A stretch of 64,000 nt of DNA. Origin: Octopus vulgaris (lineage: Eukaryota). The position numbers and the translations under genes are program-made. This document shows, one piece after another, positions 38,501-51,586 of this stretch (its first letter is position 1; every line of letters starts with the position of its first letter). The notes beneath the pieces were generated by a model. That model did not search any database. It saw nothing but the letters and a program-made list of their open reading frames with translations, and was not told where the DNA came from. The stretch covers positions 99,262,001 to 99,326,000 of the forward strand of contig OX597823.1 of NCBI GenBank assembly GCA_951406725.2. The letters are read 5' to 3'.

Positions 38501-40072
38501 GAAGAAGTTTCCTTTATTAGAAGTTGTACAAAACAGACCAAATGATTTTAGGGGTGTCAACCCTACTTATTGATTAAAATGTATACCATAAAAAGAAAGA
38601 ATTAAAGTTAGTAGTGAATCTTGACCAAGCAGACCTATGATCAAAAATAGTCAAGCCTCTTTTCGGGCATGACATATTCAATTTGTATATTTTTAAAGAA
38701 GGTATAATGTGAATTAAGGAAGTAATTTGGCTCTAAGGATAGCAACCCCCCACCTTGCTGCCTTGAAGAGGAATGGTGGTCCAATAAAAACACAAAAAGT
38801 TGGAGTCATTAGAGCATCAGACAAAATATCTTGCAGTATTTTGTCCTGTCTCTGCACTTTGAGTTCAAATCCAGCCTTTTATCCTTTAGGGGTCGATAAA
38901 TAAATAAAAAATGCACGATTCAAGAGTTGTGGACTGGAAGAACTGGAAGAATATTAGATCTGAGGTCTTGTGGTATTTATTATAGTCCTTTGCATTCTGA
39001 GTTCAAATCCTGCCATGGCCTACTTGGGTGGTAGACTTAATCTAACACTCAGTTTAATTCCATCACTTTGGATGCCTTTAGCAGAGTCCATTCTACTGCA
39101 AGCATTTGGACCAGATCTTCAGTTTGAGGATACTTTTCTTCCTTGCTCCCACTTGTCACAGAGTCCCTGCAATGGGGTTATGGACACTGCATTCCCTCCT
39201 GTCTATAAGATTTTTTTAAAAATCCTTTGTTGGTTTCTGTAGGTTTCATACAATTCTAGCAGGCAGCTGGGCTGGGGCTGTTTATGCGACACTGGTGTAG
39301 GATACAGCTGTGAACTCACTTTATTTTCCAGGTCTTCACTTTCACAGCCTATCTCCAGAGGTCTCAGTCTTTTGTCATTGCCTCTGTGAGGCCCAACATT
39401 CAAAGGTCATATATATAAAGGAACAAACAATTAATAGCAAGGTAAGACAATACAATTATATATATGTATATATACATATATATATGTATATATACAAATA
39501 TATATAATTATATATATATATATATATATAATTATATCTGGCACATTAAACATCTTATTAGGGAAACTCACAATTTATCAATAAAACAAAATATAAATAT
39601 GATAAAGTTTTAAAAGTCTTGTTAGTGAATTTAATAAAAAGAAAGTCTAAATCAACTCATTACAACACAATAAACATTAAAAAACTATCTGACTTCTAAA
39701 ATGTTCATATTCTATGATTCATATATTCATATATGTCATCATTTAACGTCCATCTTCCATGTCGGCATGGGTTGGATGGTTTGACAGGAACTAGCCAAGT
39801 AGAAGGTTACACCAGGCTACTGTGTGTGTTTTGGCATATATATATATATATATATATACAACTTATAAACAAGGGCAAAAGAAAAATTATTTCCATGCCA
39901 ATATGCTTATAAGCAGACTTTAAGCCTGTTTATCAGCATATTGGAATGGAAATATTTTTTCTTTTGCCCTTGTTTATAAGTTGTTTATAATTTTAACCTT
40001 TAAAGGTATTTTAATATGCTGACATTTTTTGATGAAATTTTTTTCTGACAAATATTTCATCCTATATTAATA

Positions 40073-40134
<62 letters not shown>

Positions 40135-41299
40135 ATGGTGATAATATCACTGCATCAAGGATCAAGGAGGCTATTTGATATCCTCCATATCCTGGTGATT
40201 ACAGTGTGCTTTCTTGTATTGTTTTAGCTTTCAAATGATACCATGCTGATGGCCAGGTGAGCAGGCCAATATACATACGAACATGCATACAACATACAAT
40301 ATATTTATATATATAAGGCAATGTTATTTTTTTTCTTTCTTAACTCACCCTGCTTTTTTCCTTTCCTTTGGTTTTAAGTTTGAGGGAAAGCAATGCAAGT
40401 AACTGACAAAACACACTGGAAACCCTTTAGAGGAGATAAAATTGGGAAAGAAAAAGAAAAAGCAGCTGCCTTGAAGAAGTGTCTGTCAACAATGTGCATA
40501 GACACAGTGGAAAAGAGTGAGGATGGTTGTAGTAAGAGTTAGAGCAGGAGGTGGAGGAAAGATTAAACAAAAAGGAAGAGAAATTCTGTTTACTTGCACT
40601 GAGCTGATTTGGATAGGGAAAAGAATAATCTAGAAAGAAAAGAAAAAAAGTGGTAATGTCATTGGATGGATTGGTACAAACAAATAGCAAAATCCATGAA
40701 AAAGTGTTAAAAAATATTTTTTTAAAATAAAAAAAAAATGGGGTGTGGGTGGGGTTTGGAAATAAATTTAGAGTAATAGAAAGTGGAATAAAATAAAATA
40801 CCAGAGAATAAAGACGAATAAATGAAGAATAAAAAAAGAAAGGACTCATGATAAAAACAGTAAATAATACCATTTAGGCTTTATGAATGTGTGTGTGTGT
40901 TTGTGTGTGTGTTTATATAGGTATATATATATTAATATATGTGTGTATATATATGTATATTTGTTTACATATGTGTTTGTTGTGTGTGTATTTGACCATA
41001 TATATATCACAAACACACATATATCCTTTCTTTTTTTTTAATACAGTTTAAAGTGATTTGAGTTGTAATTTCTAGCAACATGATGACCACATATGAGGCT
41101 TTCCGGACTGTAGGGAAGCCACATATGTGGTCATCATATTGCTAGAAATTACAGCCAAATCTCACTCAAATCACTTCAACTGTATTAAAAAACAAAAGAA
41201 TGCACACCTTGGCAATCAAGACACACAGACAATTTGGAAGCTCACTATGCAACAAAGTATTTTGATAAACTGGTCAAAAGTACTATGGGAACTTATGAA

Positions 41300-42110
41300 A
41301 TGCCCTAAACTGCTAATGGATTAATTCGTATGTGCAGAGCGTACATTTTTTGCTGGTACAAGAGATTCAAGGACAATTGAGAGGAGGTGAGAGATGAGAG
41401 ACAATAAGTGCACAGATTGGAGATGGTGTGACAACTGTACACAGAATTATTCATGAAGATCTGAACATGAGCAAAGTTTGTTCTCAGGGTGTTCAGTGAT
41501 GAGCAGAAGGAAAGATACATTAGTGACAACAAAGAGATGGTTGATTTCAATACCTCCAATCCAAGAGTACTTGAGTCTCTGGTGATCAGTGATGAGAACT
41601 GAACCTACTGTTATGCTAAGACCAAGTGCCCAATGGAATCATCCTGACTCCCCCAGACTGAAGAAGGCCAAACAAAGCAAGTGCACTGGCAAGCACATGA
41701 TAATCCCCTTTTTTGACAAGGGAATCATCTACATCTACTGGGTTCCCTCTGGCCACACTGTCAACAAAGAGTACTTTGTGGAGATTTTGAGGGAGTTCAG
41801 GAACAGATTTTGTTGCAAAAGGCCAGAGCTCTTCCACTTCAGTTGGTGGCACCTACACCAGGTCAATGCACCAGTCCACAATTTCATCCTGCTAACCAAT
41901 GACTTGACAGAAATGAGCACCAGATCTTACTTCCTGTAACTTTTCGTTATTCCCCAAGCTGAAGCAGAACCTCAGGAGTAATTGTTTTTCTGGACATTGA
42001 GATGATGAAGGAAACTTTGACAAGGTTTCCGGACACCTTCAACTTGGATGACTTCTATGGAGCCTTCATAAACTCTAGTCTTCCACTTTGAAGAAGACTA
42101 GAGTTTTGTA
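41300..42110 (+). mobile_element. Mariner transposase remnant
   Basis: IIHEDLNMSKVC, KHMIIPFFDKGII..VPSGHTVNKEYF, LHQVNAPVH, LFPKLK. Confidence 0.75.
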
Positions 42111-42305
42111 CTTCTTTGTTCTGGAATGCACAACATGTCACCTGGCACAGAAATTGAATCCATAATTATGAGCAGAAGCCAAACACCTTAACCATTAGGC
42201 TATATGCCTTCACCTACAATAAACATCAACAGCTTGATGCTGTCTGGATCAAAATAAATACTAGTAATATATTATGTCAAATTGGGTTCTAGTTGTTTCA
42301 CTGCG

Positions 42306-42391
<86 letters not shown>

Positions 42392-43348
42392 AAGAGAGAG
42401 AAATGGTATCATGTTGTAAGTGAAATAAAATACACATCAATCATTCTTGTTTGACTGTTATTGACAAATGGCCACAACCTTCTTCCTGGGTCATCTTAAC
42501 AACAATATAGGCCTTTTGGCAAAACAGTGCATTGGGGCCCCTTTCTACACAGGTCATCAGTGAGATTTGAACTTAGAAAGCAAACACCCAAAATAGATAC
42601 TACAATGCATCCCTTCTAATATTCTAACAACTTTGTTAGTCCCTCATCTTTGACGGGTACTTTATTTATGCCGTAAAGGATTTTAAAAATCAAGTTAGCC
42701 GTAACAGTATTTGAACTTAAGATACAAAGAGCTCGAAGGCATTCTAGATAATATTCTAATGACTCTGCTAATTCCTCTCCTATACAAATCAAAAGCCAAA
42801 ACGTTTGGAGTGATCATTCCTTGGTCACTTGACCACTAGACATAGCATCCAAATCTCCCTCAACTAACATCTTGCTGTCTTTAAAAAATAAAAATAAATG
42901 AAGGATGCATTGGAAGATGTAATTCTGGGGTATACTGTATTTAAAAAGAAGAAAACGGAGATAATATCATTGCAGCTGGTAAGCCCTTTGATCATGTGTT
43001 TGTTAGATAAGAGGTGACTTGGGTATAAACAACAAAACAGTAATAACAGGATTAGCCCTTTACAAATGCCAGCACAAGAAAAATAGATACAAAACAGTAA
43101 AAATAAAATAGAAAGAGAAAAACAAGAATAGAATTAACTAAAAAAAATAAAAGAATTAAAAAAAAACAAGGAAAACTTGTTTAGGAGCCATTTTGAATGA
43201 AAGCATGTTGTGTTACCCAACCTTCTTAGAGACAAGAAGACATAAATCTTAGCTAGAGGCAATGATTATTGCTTCTACATAACTCAACATCACAGTAAAC
43301 TTTGTCTCACATCTGGCAATTACTTTTGGCATTAAAACATATTAGGCT

Positions 43349-43405
<57 letters not shown>

Positions 43406-43587
43406 CTAGACATTGAAAACTTACTCGTAATATCTCATTACATTTTGTTATTTATTAATTGCATTATTACTGAAATTATTTATTCCTGTGTGTTACTGAA
43501 CTGAATATATATTATTATTCATACACATTAACATACATACATACACACACACACAGTTTCATACATATTTGTATATATTTATATACA

Positions 43588-44785
43588 CAGGGTGTCCCAA
43601 AAAATGTATACACACTTTGAATAATTATAAAGTCAGTATTTATTAAAGTACATTTCATTTTGACATCATCATCATCATCATCATTTAACGTCCATCTTCC
43701 ATGCTAGCATGGGTTGGACGATTTTGACCGAGGGCTGGCGAACTAGACTCCAATCTTGATCTGGCAGAGTTTCTACAGCTGGATGCCCTTCCCAATGCCA
43801 ACCACTCCAAGAGTGTAGTGGGTGCTTTTTACGTGCCACCAGCACGGGGGCCAGTCCGGCAGTACTGGCAGTGACCTCACTTGAATCTTTTTACACATGC
43901 CACCGGCACAGGTGCCAGTAAGGCGATGTTGGTAATGATCATGCTTGAATGGTGCTCTTTTACATGCCACTGGCACGAACCCAGTTGGCTGCTCTGGCAA
44001 CGATCACACTTGGATGGTGCTCTTGGCACCCAGCTAGCATGGGCACAAGTGCCACAGTTATTAAATTCTACTGACAGAATTTAATTTTGTTCTGAATGTT
44101 CAAACTGATGACCATTCTGGTCCAGGCACTGCTGATAACAAGAAGCAATGGAATCACAAACATCAAGAAACATTTCGTTTGGTATTTGTGTGCACTCTTG
44201 CTCAGTGGCTGCCCTCAATTTGTCAACTGTTGCCAATTTTGTGCCATAAACTTTTAAGTAACCCCATGATAGTCCTCCAAAATATATTTTCAGGTCACCA
44301 GTAGGTGCGACCAGTGTTTGTTGGAAAGTGTACATCTACAGATTTTGTCAAGTACCACTCACAAAACTCCGTTCTCAATGTCAATTAGAGCATGGACTAT
44401 TCTTGAAATGTAACATTTCCAATGACAATGCATCAAAATGTGATGAACACTTTATTTTGAAATTCCTAGCTCATTTTTAATTCCCATGTGATTTACATGG
44501 CACACAGATTTTCTTGAACTCTGGCAATATGCTTTTAGTACCCTTGCTTGCATTGTGGGGCTCAATATCTGCAGTCTTCTGGAACATTTCTTATGGATTC
44601 TCTGAATAGTTCCATCTGATTCAAACTTATCTCTAATTCATGTGATGGTAAGTCACATAGGGGAATCTGCTTGAAACTCTGCTAAATTGTCTTTGAACTT
44701 TGACTGCATTTTCAAGCTTTCACAAGAACTTTAAGATAAGTTATTTATCATGTTAAAGTGTGTCACACATTTTTTGGACACTCTA
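43588..44785 (-). mobile_element. Tc1/mariner-superfamily element with TIRs, interrupted by an RTE 3' fragment
   Basis: CAGGGTGTCCCAAAAAATGTATACACACTTT / AAAGTGTGTCACACATTTTTTGGACACTCTA; WGYLKVY..DKLRAA..CLDQNGHQFEH transposase C-terminus on -. Confidence 0.75.
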
Positions 44786-47094
44786 CATACTTGTGTACAG
44801 ATTGGGTTCTGATGAACTAATTGTCTGGCAAAAGAATAAGGCTTTCATCTATAGATAAGGATGAGGGTCAACTTATACACAAGGCATATTAAATTGATTT
44901 CTTGAGGAAAAATCAAGGAAAATAAGAAATATATATATAAATAAAATGAAGAACACAATGAAAAACATTATTTTGAAAAATCATTGTTTTATTTAAATTG
45001 GTTTTGCTATCATTTATGCAACAAAACAAAATTATTAAAAAACATCAAAATAAGCAAAAGGATGGTTACAAAAGAAAAAAACTTCCATTATGATAATTTT
45101 CAATAAGTCTGAAACAGATACATTGTTTCATATATTTTTGACTAGGTACAAAGCCTCTGTAATTTTTGAAGATGGGGTAGAGAGATACAGGACACCGCAT
45201 AGTTCCTTACTTTTCTTAAGAATGTCTGTAAGGTAAATGTCATGAAAAGAGCTTCATCTGACACTTAAATTCATTTTTTGTTGCAAAGGTTCGGATAATT
45301 GAAATAAAATTGTGCATTATTGGCAGAGAGTGCTGAGTAGAAAAACTAGCTGAAATGTCAGCATTGTGTGAATGATTTTTGGAACTCCACAATATCCATG
45401 ACCAAAACAGTTAACCCTGAAATAGGTAATCAAGGGCAAGATCAGCCTGTTATGCTGCACAGCAGCAGCAGTGCTGTTGATTTGACAAATGAGTCATTAA
45501 CTGAGTTTAATTCCTCCCATTTAATAAATTCAGGTTTCACTTGAAACTGAGACATGGTGTTACACACCATTATTTTTTATTGATTAATCATTAACGGGAG
45601 GACAGTACCATTGATTTTTAAGGACTTCTGAGATTGGTAGAAAGGTAGGAAAGAAGTCATCCTCAAACTGGAGACCTGACCTGAATACTTGAATATTTGG
45701 AACTCTGTTAAAGGCACTCAAAGACTAGGTCATTGTACTAAACAAGACTGTGGAGCTTGCCTGTCATCCAAGAACTCAGAATGCAAAGAGCTGGAACAAA
45801 TACCACAAAACATATCACTCAATGCTCTCACATTTCCACCAACCCACTACTTTGGACTGGTATTTTTATGTTATTCATTCTGCTGAAGGTATGAAGTGAA
45901 ATTTGAAGTCAGGGCACACTAAGCCAGAATGAATATTACAAATCATTTTGTTCTATTACTCTGACAGCCAGTTCATGAACTGTGTCTTTATAAACAAAAG
46001 TACAGGCACTTGAAATTGGTTCTCAGAAGCTAAAGGGTGACTAAAAAACAAAACATGATAGTCTGTATTCGTCAATCTTGGTTGTCAAGTAGTCAAGAGA
46101 AGGACCAATTTTATGAAACTCCAGAAAAAGGCATTCATTTGTCATAAAATCTTTATTTTTATAATCTATAACACAACCAGAAGTTAGATTTGACTTGACA
46201 TTTTCAGACATATTACAGGCAATCATTTTATTGGCTCCACTGAAGGATTTGAACTCAGAACATAGAGGAGAGAAACTTGTACATTGTAAAACTTTTTAAG
46301 TCAGAGACAAATATTTGTCATTTTCTGCTCCTTTTTAGGATAAAAATAGAGAGGCATTAATCATAAAAAAATTTCTGCAGAACCAGATGCAGCAGGAAAA
46401 TATGGAGGGATTTTAGATTTGAAGATGAGTTAAGTGAATAAAGAGGGGAGAATCATGGGAGGCAAGGTGAGAGGAGGAAAAAGGAACATAAGAGAGTCAA
46501 TGCTTTTAGGATGTTGGTACAATCAGATGTGGAGTACAAATAGTTGGAGTGATAGGGTAACTGAAAAGCCAGCCAATTCAGCCATTCATATTCTGCAAAT
46601 GATACTGTCTTGTATTAGTGGTCAAAACATTCAACTCCTCCCAAATGGCTTAATTTATCACCAAACTGTAAACAGGCACCATGGGCTGACAGCAACTCTC
46701 TTACTTCAAGGCAACAGTGGCTATAAAACTGGTGAATAACCCCATATTGTGGTTTAGTCATTGTTGTTTATAGAACCCTCTCCATCCTGATCAAAGGTAT
46801 TCCAGTTGAGATCATCTGTCTTTTTAGGTGATATCTAGGACTGCTTTGCTATTTACTGTGCCCTCTCCTTATTTAATACAATACAAATAATATTTGAAGA
46901 TTTGGTCACTGCCACTTAGGAAGCCCTCATTGGCTCACTTCCTTGTGGTATAGCTCAGAGACAGATGATGAGGAAGAGCTTGACCAAGTTTATTTACCCT
47001 AGATATTCTACATGAAATTAAGTCTTTAGTGGTGCCCATGTAATCCAACAATTTGTGAGTCACATCATCATCATACTTATTAAACTCAACCAAA

Positions 47095-48172
47095 TTAACC
47101 CTTTCGTTACTATATTTCTGACCAAAATACACCCCTCATGAGTTTCAATTAAATTCTAAAATAATCATGAATTTAGGCTTGTTTCATTAAATAACTGTAA
47201 CTTTTTTTACTTATCAACATATTGTGATATTTGGAGCATAATTAAAGAAAGGGTTCTTAATCAATTCTATTGCATAACTTTTGTCTCGAAGTGACTTTAA
47301 TTACAAGTAAATCCACGTAAATTGAGCAAAAGGTAAAGATATTAAAATTTTGTTTAAACATCACCATAGAAAATGAATCATCAGCTAATATTCAAATGGG
47401 TATGCAACAAAATTTTGATAAAGAAGAATTGTGCACATCACTATATCATCAGTTGAATTTAATGCACAACAGGTGTACCATAAAGGTGGAATGAAGTGAA
47501 ATACTGGAATCCACCGTAAGTTTGACCGAACTAAAGAAATCGGTCAAAAAATAATGTACGGCCCTGGTTATGGTATGGAAGTGATAAATTCCAGACCACA
47601 TTGTTCCCTAGGCCATGCTGACTAACATTATTTTCCCTGTATAAAAACTAAATCCACGCAGTACCCAGTATTTGCTTCACAAATTTTCCGAAATTTGATC
47701 CCCCATTTTGTGTTTGTTTACGTTCTGCGTAAGTTTGTTTCCGCATTGATCGCTTCAAACAATAACTTCCAGACCACATCGTACCCTAAGCCATGCTCAA
47801 TAACATTAGTTTCCCTGTATAAAAACTAAATCCACAACAGTACCCAGTATTTGTTTCACAAATTTTCCAATTCGGAATCAATGCTTGATAACATGAAACT
47901 CCTATCCATTTTCAAAGTTGAAGAAAAATCAATGCCGAAAAAAATCTCCCAAAATTCACGGAATTAAAATTACACGTCGATCGTTGTACAAAACTGTAGA
48001 TGAATTGTTTACGAAGCATAATCACGTGTTTTCACGAATGTACTAAAGAGATTTGGTCTGATATTCTCATTTAAATATGAATACGTAAATTCGGGCGGGT
48101 TTGGGTGGTTTGGTCACATTAACCAAAATTTTTGGGGGGCGGCTTTGGGCAGTTTGGTAACGAAAGGGTTAA
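47095..48172. mobile_element. Non-autonomous piggyBac-like element (TTAA TSD)
   Basis: TTAA-CCCTTTCGTTAC ... GTAACGAAAGGG-TTAA; internal about 100-bp direct repeat (47589-47689 / 47767-47868); no transposase ORF seen. Confidence 0.8.
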
Positions 48173-49433
48173 AAGGAATAGTGTAAAGTTTCATCTGAGA
48201 CTGAAGCATTTCTATAAACTCAATGTCCTAGAAACAGTTAACAACATTAGTAGAATGGATTTCTTTTGATAATGTATAAAAAAAAAAAAAAAACACAGCC
48301 AAAGTGCTATTGTGTCTGGGGAGAGTCATTTTCTTTTTCTGCCTTATAATATAACACACTCACCGGTAAAATTTCTACTTATTTCTTATTTTTATTTTCC
48401 TAAAATTTTCGTTGCATCTTGCAACCTTTCCAATAGACAGCCAAAGTTTTTATATAAAAAAAGAGATATTGTCAAGAGAATCAATCTCAATGAATTACTG
48501 GTAGATTTATTTCTTTATATATCATCTCTCCTTGATTGCAACAAGAACCAATCACACCAAATTTAAAAGCATTAAGAACAGTTTAATGTAATCCCGGAAG
48601 GAGAAAAGAAAACTGGAATACTTTTGATCATAGGTCCACCAAGGATAAAGACGAGCCTGGGACTAAACAACAACAAATATAGAATTTAAAATTAGAGTTA
48701 ATTACTGTTAAGTTCATTTGTAGAAGTAACAAGTGCATACAACAAGTGGACAATTTTTTTCTCACAGCCATTATTTTTTTGTTTGTCTTCTTCCTTATTT
48801 TCAAAGAAAGGTAGAAAAAGTTTAATATTCAGAAGATGCAGACTAGAAGTCCATAAAAAGCATTGAAAATTACAAAATATAATTTTTTTTCCATATTTTT
48901 TCTTCTGGCAAGCAGACTGGACGGATTCAAATATAACAATACTCCCACCCTTATTGGTTGATAGTACATTAAATAGTATAACAACAGCTACAAAGGTAAA
49001 AGGAAGAACAAAAAAAAAATCAGTATACATCAACTGTAATAAATATCGAGTCAACAAGAATGATAAAGCCACACATATTTGGTAAAAACATTTAAAAAAG
49101 AAATATAAAGTTAATAATATAACTGGTTACATCATGCTGACAGCATTCAGCATCATTATATATTACTTAATCCTATAACATTCAGCTTTCTCTGAAGCAC
49201 AATGCATATTTATTGACACAGTTTTAAATTAATCATGCATTATCTTGTAGCTTTGAGATTTTCATAATGTGATTGTGTATTTTTAAAACAACATTGTAGG
49301 GTAGTTACCAGAAAATCTGAATCTGGTCAGTCTGGACATAAAACAGGTAAAACTTTTGGGCTGGACATGGCTGGTCTAAATTACAATGCAATTTCATGAG
49401 GACAGTTCTTTGAATAACTTCCCTGTAGGAGGT

Positions 49434-49649
49434 TTAACCCTTTTATTACCATATTTCTATGAAAATTTACTGCCTTCAATTCTGTCAATTTGAAAATAAT
49501 GAAGAATTTAATAAAATAACAGTCATCTAGTGTTTGGAACATAAATTAACATAATTAATGGATGGTTTTAATTTAGATCAGTTTAAAACAGAAAATATGT
49601 AACATAGAACCAGGGGAGGTCTCAGGCTGGTTGGTATCAAAAGGGTTAA
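49434..49649. mobile_element. piggyBac-like MITE related to 47095-48172
   Basis: TTAACCCTTTTATTACCA ... TGGTATCAAAAGGGTTAA. Confidence 0.7.
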
Positions 49650-51363
49650 GATGTTTGGTGTCTTCTCATGGATACCAGAAATGAAATGTAAAACAGGAGC
49701 ATGAGACAGGTGTTTTAAAGGTGTTGATCACACAATTTAAAAAAAATATATATAATAAGCATTTTCTTGATACTTTCATATAAAATTTGTACTTTTGCAT
49801 GTATGTGCACACATACACATACATCTTTTCTGTCAAAAATTAACATTGAGTTGTGGCCATTCCTTGCCAAAAAGCCAATCTTCATAAGATTGGGAAAAGT
49901 GAGGAATTTAATGATTTTACAGATATTTTGTTTCTTTTTCTATATCTGTCTGTCTATGTAAATATATACTTACTAACATGTGTTACATGAGACTTACAGA
50001 ATTGAATATGGGAGACATTATTTTTCAGGAAAAATAAAAGTTCATGTCAAACCATAAATCTTGCTAAAGCACATTTTGTCTTTCATCCTACAATGGTTGA
50101 TAAAATAAAGAGTGGATACCATCAGCACTGAGTGTAGAAAGATCAACTACAGCCAAGAAGGTGGTATTAATATCAATAACTGGCAGTGTTAATCAAATAT
50201 ATTTAATAATAATGTTAATGGCTGGCTTGCTGGAGGAAAGAAAGGAGACAGAAGCAAGGTAAGAAAACTTTAGCAATGGAAATCCTGTTTATAATACAGT
50301 GAACAAAAAAAAAATTGCCAGGGATTTCTAAGAGTGCATGTAAAGGCTTCCTTAGAGAGAGAACCTTAGGCAGGAATAGGCAACAGTTTTAGTTTAGTAA
50401 GTCCAGGTAAAGAGAGATTTGAAACTATGAAGTTGTATGGAGGAGGGGGAGAAAAGAATATAGGTGCAAGAATATATGGGGTCAGAGGGAAGATACAACT
50501 TTAGCATGTTAATAATTAGCAGTATTAACTCTTAACTCCTTGTACAACACAGTACCTGCATGGGATTGCATCAGGCAATCATCCGAGTATGATCGTTACC
50601 AGCGTCGCCTTACTGGCACTTATGCCTGTGCTAGTAGGGCGCCAAGAACACCATCCGAGCGTGATCGTTGTCATCGTTGCCAAAGCAGCCAACTGGCTTC
50701 CATACCCGTGGCACGTAAAAGGGCACCATTTCGAGCGTGATCGTTACCAACATCGCTTCACTGGCACCTGTGTCAGTGACACGTGTAAAAGATTCGAGCG
50801 AGGTCATTGCCAGTACCGCCTGACTGGCCCCCGTGCAGGTGGCATGTTAAAAGCACCCACTACACTCTCAGAGTGGTTGGCGTTAGGAAGGGCATCCAGC
50901 TGTAGAAACTCTGCCAGATCAAGATTGGAGCCTGGTGCAGCCATCTGGTTGCCAGCCCTCAGTCAAAACCGTCCAACCCATGCTAGCATGGAAAACGGAC
51001 GTTAAATGATGACGATGATGAACCAGACCTGAAATGCATCTTGTTTACATTCATTTTGAGGAAGTGTGGAATTTTCTAATGAAAGTGGAGAAACCGCTAA
51101 TCCCTTCTCTTGTTCATTGCTCTTTTGTAATAAAAATCATTTTAGTACTGGACTTTTGATGTAGACATATTCAACAGGATGTTAGGAGTCACTCAAACAT
51201 GGTTAACGTTTAGTTGGAAAATTTCTCGAATGCTAAAAAAAGATGAAAAAAAATGATAGAGAAAGAGAGAGCATGCCATCTAAAGAGAGCAAACTGCAGA
51301 AGAATTTAGGGAGGGTGAAACAGAGAAGTGTGTGAGAAGTAAAGGTGAGTAGGATGAATGGCT

Positions 51364-51586
51364 TTAAGCCTTCAGCATTCAGATTAATCTGTCAAATGTA
51401 ATACTTATTTGTTTTGAATTATTCATGCTTTATCTTGTAGCTTTGAGATTTCCATGATGTGATTGATTATTTTTAGAATGATATTGTAGGGTAGGTGTGG
51501 GAGGCCGGATCTGGCAAATTTAAACAGTAAAACAAGTAGAATATTTGGACCCCCAGATATCATTGGTTTGAATGCTAAAGGGTTAA
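51364..51586. mobile_element. TTAA-flanked MITE, second family (other copies at about 49170-49380 and 52989-53200)
   Basis: TTAAGCCTTCAGCATTCA ... TGAATGCTAAAGGGTTAA; shared internal TATCTTGTAGCTTTGAGATT. Confidence 0.65.
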
